Positions 16,686 to 24,396 of a stretch of 29,073 nucleotides of DNA are shown here, piece after piece; the first letter of the stretch is position 1; each line of letters starts with the position of its first letter. Position numbers and translations under genes: made by a program. Origin of the DNA: a virus (lineage: Duplodnaviria > Heunggongvirae > Uroviricota > Caudoviricetes); the IMG/VR virus record IMGVR_UViG_2791355382_000001, positions 64,001-93,073 of that record; one strand, written 5' to 3'. The notes under the pieces are model-generated. The model worked only from the letters and a program-made list of their open reading frames with translations, was not told where the DNA came from and did not search any database.

Positions 16686-17771
16686 ATGTCAAGTACTACA
16701 GAACAAATGGGAAAAGGCTATGTTAACGGATTAGGCTGGGCTAGTATGCAATTTAACGGTAAGAGTAATACGACTCTTGTGCCAAAAGCTGAAGCAATCG
16801 CACGTAGTCACCTAATTGAACTAGCAATTGACTTTGAACAACAACGTGGTGTCAACCCTTATGATAAACTTGTTCAAGAAGTTATTATTAAGGTTGTTAC
16901 TAAGAATTTTGAACAATGGCATGATGGACTAATGTTTTTTGCTAATTCACTGGATAAAAAGTTAGAGTTTCTAGGAAGCCCTGAAGAATTGTTTAATTCA
17001 TTTTTGAGTGAAGGAAATGGACAAGCCCTTATTTCTGACTTTAAGTCTAAGCTTAAATTAGAGGGTAACATTGAGTATTATATGCACGAAAAAGCAAGAA
17101 AAACTTTAGTTGAAAATTTAGGTAATGTATCAAATAGCGATTATCATAAATTTCTTGATGAAGCTTATCCTAGCGAAAAGATTTTAAAGGTTGATCTAAG
17201 CAAGATTACTGATGAATTTATGCAGTGGGAAAAAGAAAATGGACAATCCAGGGTTAATTCATACGTTAAGCCTTACCTTAAAAAAGGCATGGAAGAAAAG
17301 GTTAACGCTAGACTAGGTGATTTCTTAGCAAGCCTTAGATTAAGTCCTAGCGATTTAGGCAGAGTTGGCTTAGGCAATGTGGTAGCCGAAATGGTTAACG
17401 CTGATTTACCAGATGCAATTGAAGATTATTTGGACGCAGAAGATGAAGCTATTAACAGTAGTTCAGAAGATGGTTATGATGTACCTGATTGGATAGAAGA
17501 AGTGTATGACAACAGATACATTGACGAAAGGCTAAAGCAATTTGTAAACAAAGAAAAGATCAATCAAGTACACATTGAAAAACTAGTTGAAGCAATGACT
17601 GAGGATCCATTAACTAGCAAGTTGCCACGCAGTAAGTGGGCTGCTTTGTTAAGCTCTAGGGTTAGTCCAGAACGAATTGAAGCTTGCTTTAACGTAAGTG
17701 GTAACGTTGATGCCAACAAGGTTGAACAATTAGGCTTTACCTTAGTTCCAGATTTGGAAGATATTGCTTAG
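16686..17771 (+). CDS. Hypothetical protein (~361 aa), paralog of 17832-18863
   Basis: RBS AGAAAGGA at 16668-16675 favours ATG 16686 over the ORF-track start at 16632. Shares LP.A..DYL and KIN..HIEK....NPLT.KLPRSKW.ALLS...RI.ACF...FTLVPDLED with the next ORF. Confidence 0.85.
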   Translation: MSSTTEQMGKGYVNGLGWASMQFNGKSNTTLVPKAEAIARSHLIELAIDFEQQRGVNPYDKLVQEVIIKVVTKNFEQWHDGLMFFANSLDKKLEFLGSPEELFNSFLSEGNGQALISDFKSKLKLEGNIEYYMHEKARKTLVENLGNVSNSDYHKFLDEAYPSEKILKVDLSKITDEFMQWEKENGQSRVNSYVKPYLKKGMEEKVNARLGDFLASLRLSPSDLGRVGLGNVVAEMVNADLPDAIEDYLDAEDEAINSSSEDGYDVPDWIEEVYDNRYIDERLKQFVNKEKINQVHIEKLVEAMTEDPLTSKLPRSKWAALLSSRVSPERIEACFNVSGNVDANKVEQLGFTLVPDLEDIA

Positions 17772-17831
17772 ACTATAAGAATTGCATTTTGAATTTCTTA
17801 TAAAACAAAAAAGAAAGGTTGTTGGTTAAAA

Positions 17832-18863
17832 ATGGCAGTTACATCGCAAGAAGAATATAAGAAAAACCTAGATTTGATGTCTGAAGTTAAGCCTATCATC
17901 AGAAATTACTTGTATGAATTAACTAGTGATTTAGCTGAAGGAAAGAACTTAAATATTTCTGATGGTAAGGTTCAAGCAATGATTCTCAAACACATAGACA
18001 AGAATATTTCCGACTGGAATAACGAAGTTCATATCTTCGCTAGAAAAGAAGGACAAAAAGGGCATATCTTCAAAAATGCACCAGAGTTATTTGAAGAGTT
18101 TATATCAAGCGATGCCTCTCGTGATATTAGATACATTTATGTTGACTCATGGAAAATTGAGGGCAATCTTGGATTTTATATAAATTCAAGAGCTTTAGAC
18201 ATCTTAGAAGAAAAGGTTGGTAATACCGCTACGCTTTACGACTTATACCGTGAGTTCATCAAAGCTAAATACCCAGGCGAAAAAATCATGCGTTTGGATT
18301 TAACCAAAGTTGATGATGAGTTTATGATGTGGGTTAAAGAAGAAAAGAGAGTAGACCTTAAAAATAAGGTTATTCCAGCGTTAAGAAGAGGCATGAAACA
18401 AAAGATTGACGCTAGGGTGGAATACTTCTTATCCGATCTTGGATTAACACCAAGTGATTTAGGTAAAGTTGGCTTAGCTAACGTGTCTGACACAATCGTA
18501 GAAAAGGACTTGCCAGATGCTGTAGATGACTACTTGAACATGATTGAAGAAGACTCTGACGCTACGGTACAAGACTGGTTAGCCGATGCTGTTGATAATA
18601 ATTACATCAACGCAAGGTTAAACCAATTTATCAACCATGAAAAAATTAATCAACTACACATTGAAAAAATCATAGAAACATACGCTGATAATCCATTAAC
18701 TAACAAATTGCCAAGAAGTAAGTGGGAAGCTTTGTTAAGCCAAGTTAGCCCTGATAGAATTAAAGCTTGCTTTATGCGTAATGGCAGGGCTGATAGTAAT
18801 AGGGCAGAACATCTTGCTTTTACGCTTGTACCAGACTTAGAAGATCGTTCGGCTTACGAATAG
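17832..18863 (+). CDS. Hypothetical protein (343 aa), paralog of 16686-17771
   Basis: RBS AAGAAAGG; C-terminal half aligns by eye with the previous ORF. Confidence 0.85.
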   Translation: MAVTSQEEYKKNLDLMSEVKPIIRNYLYELTSDLAEGKNLNISDGKVQAMILKHIDKNISDWNNEVHIFARKEGQKGHIFKNAPELFEEFISSDASRDIRYIYVDSWKIEGNLGFYINSRALDILEEKVGNTATLYDLYREFIKAKYPGEKIMRLDLTKVDDEFMMWVKEEKRVDLKNKVIPALRRGMKQKIDARVEYFLSDLGLTPSDLGKVGLANVSDTIVEKDLPDAVDDYLNMIEEDSDATVQDWLADAVDNNYINARLNQFINHEKINQLHIEKIIETYADNPLTNKLPRSKWEALLSQVSPDRIKACFMRNGRADSNRAEHLAFTLVPDLEDRSAYE

Positions 18864-18889
18864 AAAAAGGCATAAGAAAGAGCATAGAA

Positions 18890-18923
18890 AAAAAGAACAT
18901 TCAAATTTATGAATGTTCTTTTT
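18890..18923. terminator. Bidirectional terminator between convergent genes
   Basis: AAAAAGAACATTCA-AATTTA-TGAATGTTCTTTTT; A/T tracts on both sides. Confidence 0.8.
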
Positions 18924-18939
18924 ATTAGCTATGTAGCTG

Positions 18940-19212
18940 TTATTTTACAACTTCCTTAAAGCCTTTACCTGGTTTGAACGCAGGTACTTTAGTTGCTGGA
19001 ATGTCGATTTCTTCGCCTGTTTGTGGGTTACGACCTTTGCGAGCTGCACGTTCACGTACTTCAAAGTTACCAAAGCCAATTAATTGTACTTTTTTGCCTT
19101 CAGCTAAGGCTTCTTTAACTGTTTCTGTAAATGCTGAAACAGCTGCTTCTGCTTCTTTTTTAGTTGTACCCATCTTTTTAGCAACGACTTCTACTAATTC
19201 TGTTTTGTTCAT
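18940..19212 (-). CDS. hup: HU family DNA-binding protein (90 aa)
   Basis: MNKTELV...[42 protein letters not shown] is the HU signature. RBS GAGGTG precedes ATG 19212, so the ORF-track start at 19317 is too far upstream. Confidence 0.95.
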   Translation of the reverse strand: MNKTELVEVVAKKMGTTKKEAEAAVSAFTETVKEALAEGKKVQLIGFGNFEVRERAARKGRNPQTGEEIDIPATKVPAFKPGKGFKEVVK

Positions 19213-19286
19213 AAAAACACCTCTAAAAAAATTAAATTTACTTGCGAAACCCTTGATGTTAAGGCTTTTGTTTCGCTTACAACTGT

Positions 19287-19314
19287 AGTATAACACAAAA
19301 GTTGATAAAAACAA
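19287..19314 (-). promoter_or_regulatory. Putative promoter for HU
   Basis: On the minus strand: TTGTTT, 16 bp, TG-n-TATACT. Confidence 0.45.
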
Positions 19315-19361
19315 CAAATAATATTGTTTATTTTTTCTTTTTGAAAAAGTTTATAAAAAAG

Positions 19362-19390
19362 TTTACAAAAATGACCGATAATGGTAAGAT
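19362..19390 (+). promoter_or_regulatory. Sigma70-type promoter for the nuclease/RNA-ligase operon
   Basis: TTTACA (19362-19367), 17 bp, TG-n-TAAGAT (19385-19390). Confidence 0.7.
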
Positions 19391-19451
19391 TAACTTGTTA
19401 ATATAGTATCGCATATTGAAATTTTATAAAAGGAAAAAGGACGTGTGGAAA

Positions 19452-20498
19452 ATGAATTTAGATAACGAATATTATGAAGATAAAACTTTGTCTGTTTCAA
19501 GTGTACGCTTGTTTGCTCAAAACCCTAAGCGAGCATTGGCTAACTATTTAGGTGAATTTCCATGGTTTGATGATAACAACGCTTTGCTTCAAGGTAGATA
19601 CTTCCATGACCTACTTGAGTTTTCAATGGAATACATAAACAATGAAGAAAACGTAAAACTAACCAAAGAAAAAGACAGCTCAATTTGGGTTGATAACTTG
19701 TTAGAAAAGGCTAAGCAATACGCTTTTGATAAGATTAAGCCACTAGAAGAAAACGAATATTCAGACCTATTTTCATCTAAGGGTAAAACTAAAGGTCAAT
19801 TGAAAGCTACTAACAAGCCAATTTTAGAATGGTTTAACGTTGTGATTAACAGCGATCCAGTTAAAGAGATTATCATGCAAACTATGATTTCACAAGTTAC
19901 TAACCAAGAACGCTTTGAAGTATTGATTGAAGAACCATTTAAATCAAGCTATGACAATGTTGAATACAAGGGTAAGCTAGACATTTATGTAGTCGATAAA
20001 CAAGAAAAAGTAATTCACGCTTACGACTACAAAACAGCTAAGTCCTATGATCCAAGTGGTTGGGCTTGGGGCGATGACATTTTTGGTAAGCATCGCTATA
20101 TGCCTGTTGAATGGACGGTTGAAAAACTTTTCCCATGGCAAGCTGGGGTATATCGTCAACTATTATTAGACAATGGTTATCACGATTACACCATTGATTA
20201 TCACTACATTGTTGTGACTAAGGAAAAAACACCACGCTTAGACATTTTTACCATTGATGATCAAAGTATGGACATAGGCTACAAACAATTCTGCAAGTGG
20301 TTAGTTAAAGCTAACAATTACATCAACGGTATTGAAGAAGCTTCATTAATTGCTGATGGTTCTGCTTACTACAACACGCTTACACAAAAGGAAGGCAACA
20401 AGCTTGTTTCTCACCCTGAAGAAGGCTGGGGGCAAGACCAAGAAAACGCTGAAGATGACAATGAAGAATTGGCTGGAATGTTAGGGAAGTTAGTGTAG
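19452..20498 (+). CDS. PD-(D/E)XK nuclease, DUF3799/RecE (exonuclease VIII)-like
   Basis: N-terminal EYY...LSVSS..LF....ALLQGRYFHDLLE followed by EEPF...YKGKLDIY...DYKT. ATG 19452 follows AAAAGGA. Confidence 0.8.
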   Translation: MNLDNEYYEDKTLSVSSVRLFAQNPKRALANYLGEFPWFDDNNALLQGRYFHDLLEFSMEYINNEENVKLTKEKDSSIWVDNLLEKAKQYAFDKIKPLEENEYSDLFSSKGKTKGQLKATNKPILEWFNVVINSDPVKEIIMQTMISQVTNQERFEVLIEEPFKSSYDNVEYKGKLDIYVVDKQEKVIHAYDYKTAKSYDPSGWAWGDDIFGKHRYMPVEWTVEKLFPWQAGVYRQLLLDNGYHDYTIDYHYIVVTKEKTPRLDIFTIDDQSMDIGYKQFCKWLVKANNYINGIEEASLIADGSAYYNTLTQKEGNKLVSHPEEGWGQDQENAEDDNEELAGMLGKLV

Positions 20499-20546
20499 GG
20501 GTAATCTCTACAGAAGTGTAGGGCAAGCAAGAAAGGACTGAACTTT

Positions 20547-21020
20547 ATGGAAATTAAAAATGTAGATTTAGTAGCACTAAATAAAGCTGCAATGTTAATC
20601 CAAGAACATGCAAGTCTAGGGTATAACCTTATCAAAGTAGCTTGGACAAGAGCTGAAATTGAAAACGTCGAACCTGTTCTTAGAAACTTAGGTTATATCG
20701 TTGGTCAAAGAAGGATTGGAGGATATTCAATGCTGATAATTGGCTTTGCAAAACCACAACAAGGGCCTTATATCTTTACTCCGATCAACATTTTGACAGC
20801 CGTTGAAGCTAAACAATTGGCAGAACAAAACGAAACTAACCGTCAAGTTTTAGATGATATTGGCAATCGCTTAGAGGAAGAAAACAAAGAAACATTAGTT
20901 TATAAAGCTGATGAAATTAACCTAAATAGCGGCTTGCTAAAATTCTTATCTGAAAGAAAAGTCAAAGTGTATAAAGATGGTGATGAAGTTAAGGTCTACC
21001 TTAAGGATTATTTTTATTGA
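20547..21020 (+). CDS. Hypothetical protein (157 aa)
   Basis: RBS AAGAAAGGA, operonic position; no motif recognised. Confidence 0.75.
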   Translation: MEIKNVDLVALNKAAMLIQEHASLGYNLIKVAWTRAEIENVEPVLRNLGYIVGQRRIGGYSMLIIGFAKPQQGPYIFTPINILTAVEAKQLAEQNETNRQVLDDIGNRLEEENKETLVYKADEINLNSGLLKFLSERKVKVYKDGDEVKVYLKDYFY

Positions 21021-21044
21021 TACACAAACGAAGGAGTGAGGTTA

Positions 21045-23450
21045 ATGCGAGAGTTATATCTAACAATGGGATCTCCTGCTAGTGGGAAGTCTACATTTAT
21101 TAAAGAACATGATTTAGAAGATTATACAATCGTTGCTGATAAGGTACGAACACTTTTTGGTAACTATAACTTAGCACTAGATACAAACGAAAAATTACAT
21201 GAGTATGAAATCAATCAAAACAATGAACACTTGGTATGGGACACAATTTATCAAGCTGTAGAAAGACGTATGCAAAACGGTGAAACAACATTTGTTGATA
21301 GCACTATGTTGTATCGTGGAGCGTTTAGGCAATTCAATAAGCTTAGGATTAAGTATAGGTATAAGGTTTACTTAGTTGATTTTATGAGCTACCAAGCCAA
21401 GAAATATGGTAGCATGAACGCTTTAATCGACGAGTTTGTCAAGCGTGATTCAAACCGTACACGTAAAGTTGGTAGAGAAGTTATTACTAGATATGTCAAC
21501 CGTTGGTATGCACATAGAAAGCAAATTCCACAATGGGTCAAGGTGCTAGACCCTAAGGAGTGTGTGGCTAGATTAAAAGAAAATCTTAATACAATTGAAT
21601 ATCCAGATTTTAGTGATAAGTTTGATTGCATTAAAATTATTGGTGATGTTCACGGTGAATATGATGGTTTAAACGAAATCTTTGCTAACCACAAGCGAGG
21701 TACAGCTTACGTTTTCTGTGGAGATTTATTAGACCGTGGTACTAAGAATTTAGAAACATTGAAGTTTGCTAATAGTTTAAAGGGAAATAACATCTTTTTC
21801 TTACGTGGCAACCATGAGCAACGCATTGAAGAGTATTTAACAACAGGTAATTTTAGCGGTCAATTTGGACGTATAACCTATCCTACATTATTAGATGAAG
21901 TAGGTTCTAAAGACGATTTAGATGAACTGCTATCCAACTATACTAAGCGTTTGGAAGATTACCTTGCTTTTAGCTTTAATGGCAAGAAGTACTTGGTTAG
22001 TCATGCTGGCATTGAACCTGTAGCTATGGATAAGCCGTTACATCTGTTAAATGAAAGTGTGTTTACTTTAGGTATTAACCTTAAAGAAACTGGCTCACCT
22101 TATGATCGTGATGTTGATAAGACTTATGCTAACGCTACAACAAACGTTGAAGATCCAGTAGAACAAATCCATGGGCATCGTAATGTATTTGCGTACAAGC
22201 CAGACGATAATAGTAACATTATCAACTTATGTAGTGATGATTTTGTCCCATACTATGAACTAAAGCTAAGCGAAGACGGTGTAAAGACATCTATTTCAAC
22301 CGTAGCCAGAACAAATGTATCTAACTTTGTAGAAGATGTATTCAATGACGAAGATATACGTGACGTTGACATTGGTGATGGCATTATAGCTCACAACTTT
22401 ACTAGAGAAGTGTTTAACAACAATCGTTGGACTCCAACTACAACTAACGCTAGAGGTTTGTTCACTCGTGGGGACAAGATTGTTGGCCGTGGGTTTAAGA
22501 AGTTCTTCAACGAAGGGCAAACACCTACGTCAACCTTAGAAAATGTTGGTTATCCAGCTAGGGTTTACACTAAGTGGAACGGTTTTTTGATGATTGCTTT
22601 TTACGATAAAAAAGAGGGTAATATTCACTTTTTATCTAAGGGTGGAAGTAGCTTTCATAGCATGTTAATCGGTAAAGCCCTTATGTTTGATAAGAAAGTT
22701 TACCCTTATGGCATAGGCGGAAATCTAGGTGAGAAATTAGCTGATTTTTATAAGGATCCAGACAATCGTAATACCTCAGTGTTGTTTGAAGTTATTAACG
22801 TTAAGCATAACGAACATATCATTGATTACAGCAAGGATTATCCTTTATACGACTACGTTATCATGCCTTTAGCTATTGTTAATAATGACAAAGAAGGTAA
22901 GGTTAGACTAGATTTGATGGATAAATACCTTAACTTAGATTATCAAACATTCAATACTCCAGAAGAGCTACGCAAGTTTATAGATGAACAACAAGATCGT
23001 ACCGACGTTGAAGGTTTTGTTATCTACGGCACTAGAAACATGCTTAAGGTCAAGCTACCATACTACAAGCAAGCTAGACAGTTACGTACCATCTTAGAAG
23101 ATCCAAAAAGAAGGGTTAGAACTAAGCACAACGACTGGTATAACACAGTGCTTGATTTAGAAACATTGCTAAAGCAAAAGATCTACTTTTCTCCAAAGCT
23201 TGCTTTATGGATTGCAAATTACTACAAACAAAGTGGTGACAAGGAAATCACAGCTAAGAATGGCATGGAGCTAAGTGATTTCACAGGATTGTTAGAAGCT
23301 GTAAATGAAGGCAAAGAATTACGTGATTACAAGAAAGAAATCAAGCGAGAATTTACTGAAGAAGACTTTGCTTTACCAGAAGTGGATAACGTAAACGAAC
23401 TTATAAAGAACCCTGGTAAGTTCTATTCCATTCGTGATGACGAAGAATAG
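21045..23450 (+). CDS. Trifunctional RNA end-healing/sealing enzyme: polynucleotide kinase + metallophosphoesterase + T4 Rnl1/Trl1-like RNA ligase
   Basis: P-loop GSPASGKST, D.VR and FVDSTML (PNK). IGDVHG, GDLLDRG, LRGNHE, SHAG and HGH (calcineurin-like phosphoesterase). RGLF...RGFKKFFN, KWNG, FEVI, EGFVI and MLKVK (nucleotidyltransferase motifs). RBS GGAGTGAGG precedes ATG 21045. Confidence 0.88.
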   Translation: MRELYLTMGSPASGKSTFIKEHDLEDYTIVADKVRTLFGNYNLALDTNEKLHEYEINQNNEHLVWDTIYQAVERRMQNGETTFVDSTMLYRGAFRQFNKLRIKYRYKVYLVDFMSYQAKKYGSMNALIDEFVKRDSNRTRKVGREVITRYVNRWYAHRKQIPQWVKVLDPKECVARLKENLNTIEYPDFSDKFDCIKIIGDVHGEYDGLNEIFANHKRGTAYVFCGDLLDRGTKNLETLKFANSLKGNNIFFLRGNHEQRIEEYLTTGNFSGQFGRITYPTLLDEVGSKDDLDELLSNYTKRLEDYLAFSFNGKKYLVSHAGIEPVAMDKPLHLLNESVFTLGINLKETGSPYDRDVDKTYANATTNVEDPVEQIHGHRNVFAYKPDDNSNIINLCSDDFVPYYELKLSEDGVKTSISTVARTNVSNFVEDVFNDEDIRDVDIGDGIIAHNFTREVFNNNRWTPTTTNARGLFTRGDKIVGRGFKKFFNEGQTPTSTLENVGYPARVYTKWNGFLMIAFYDKKEGNIHFLSKGGSSFHSMLIGKALMFDKKVYPYGIGGNLGEKLADFYKDPDNRNTSVLFEVINVKHNEHIIDYSKDYPLYDYVIMPLAIVNNDKEGKVRLDLMDKYLNLDYQTFNTPEELRKFIDEQQDRTDVEGFVIYGTRNMLKVKLPYYKQARQLRTILEDPKRRVRTKHNDWYNTVLDLETLLKQKIYFSPKLALWIANYYKQSGDKEITAKNGMELSDFTGLLEAVNEGKELRDYKKEIKREFTEEDFALPEVDNVNELIKNPGKFYSIRDDEE

Positions 23451-23463
23451 TAACTAACCGTAG

Positions 23464-23685
23464 GCTCAGCGCTTGTCAAAGGGTGCTGGGTCATTAACAG
23501 TAGAACCGTCCCAACCAACAGCAACTAGGTTCTACTGTCGTGTGTTGCAATACAAATCTAAACGAAGGGAAGTGTGGTACATTTCCTTCCATGCGTTATA
23601 TTGACGCTTTGCAACACCGCCCTGCATACCGTGATTTGAGAGTTCACGTATTTTTGAGAGTACGGCAGGGTATTTGCTGAAGCAA
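23464..23685 (+). ncRNA. Candidate structured non-coding RNA of unknown class
   Basis: Five consecutive stem domains covering almost the whole intergenic region, about 46% GC by hand count (102/220 over 23461-23680). The G-U pairs favour the + strand. Confidence 0.6.
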
Positions 23686-23715
23686 CTACTACATACAAAA
23701 AAGGAAGTGAGTGTC

Positions 23716-24258
23716 GTGAGAAATATCGTTCCAAGCGTAAGTCGCTTAGAAAATTGGAAGCCTATCTCTGAGTGGGACGATGATATTTCAGGAGTTCCGC
23801 CTTATTTAGAAAAGGATAGGCAGATAATTCTAAACGCTAGAGTAGAGCTTAATTGGAAAGAACTAAGCTTTGATCGCAGGCTTAAAAAAGCCAAGAAATT
23901 AATTGAAGAAGATAACTCACCTACGTTTGCTTTTAGAGAAGTTAAGATGAGTTATGATTATAACAGAGCGGTTCAACTAGGTTTGAAAGATACAATTGAC
24001 GCTTATAAAGAAAGAACGTCAAGGGTTTATGAAATAGACGAAAAGAACAAAGTGGTGAGAATTTATCATGACCGTGTGGGCTTAATCAGACGCATACACG
24101 AAGAAACAAACAAAACCGTATCGTCAATTAAGAATTTAATGCAACTTCATATTATGATGAAAGGCATGACTTATTACACGTATAAAACATGGAAGAAAGA
24201 AAACATGGAATCAAAGTTTGATTTTGATGGTGATTGGTCTTTAGTAACAGTAAATTGA
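23716..24258 (+). CDS. Putative DNA-binding protein with a C-terminal NUMOD1-like segment; paralog of 26793-27299
   Basis: GTG 23716 follows AAGGAAGTGA. RLENWKPISEWDDDISGVPPYLEKDRQIILNAR is nearly identical to the paralog. VYEID....RIY...SSIK......KGMTYYTY resembles NUMOD1. Confidence 0.7.
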   Translation: MRNIVPSVSRLENWKPISEWDDDISGVPPYLEKDRQIILNARVELNWKELSFDRRLKKAKKLIEEDNSPTFAFREVKMSYDYNRAVQLGLKDTIDAYKERTSRVYEIDEKNKVVRIYHDRVGLIRRIHEETNKTVSSIKNLMQLHIMMKGMTYYTYKTWKKENMESKFDFDGDWSLVTVN

Positions 24259-24276
24259 AAAAGTTAACAAAAAACA

Positions 24277-24305
24277 TTGCTTAATATTGAGTAACGATAT
24301 ATAAT
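24277..24305 (+). promoter_or_regulatory. Sigma70-type promoter
   Basis: TTGCTT (24277-24282), 17 bp, TATAAT (24300-24305). Confidence 0.75.
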
Positions 24306-24396
24306 AAAGGTATGAAAAACGTTGATCCAACGGTAGTTTGCAAGCTTAAAGTATCGTATTTTAGATTTCTTTGGAAACGAAAAGAGCGTGATTGTT

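Noticed and set aside
15304-20540. Identical GCAAGAAAGGACTG at 15304 and 20527 (similar at 27707)
   Set aside because: Explained as the Shine-Dalgarno context typical of lactobacilli.
11841-22520. Short minus-strand ORFs within large + genes (11841, 15500, 16874, 18236, 19977, 20411, 21389, 22296) and the + ORF 18974-19288 opposite HU
   Set aside because: Fully overlap well-supported genes on the other strand; no RBS or motifs.
23495-23540. TAAC...GTCCCAA similarity to a twister ribozyme
   Set aside because: Lacks the P4/L4 CCYAAGC arrangement and the GAGGG pseudoknot partner; hammerhead (CTGATGA/GAAA), HDV-like and pistol cores were also not found.
23542-23621. tRNA gene or cloverleaf
   Set aside because: Only two inner arms, no TTCRA T-loop, no D-loop GG and no CCA end.
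23615-23671. ACCGCC...ATACC...GTACGG similarity to group II intron domain V
   Set aside because: The required D5 pairing (CCGCC with GGTGG) is absent, and there is no RT ORF or domain VI.
23591-23680. 29-codon ORF MRYIDALQHRPAYRDLRVHVFLRVRQGIC in the structured region
   Set aside because: No properly spaced RBS, atypical codon usage, and the region is better explained by base-pairing; not fully excluded.
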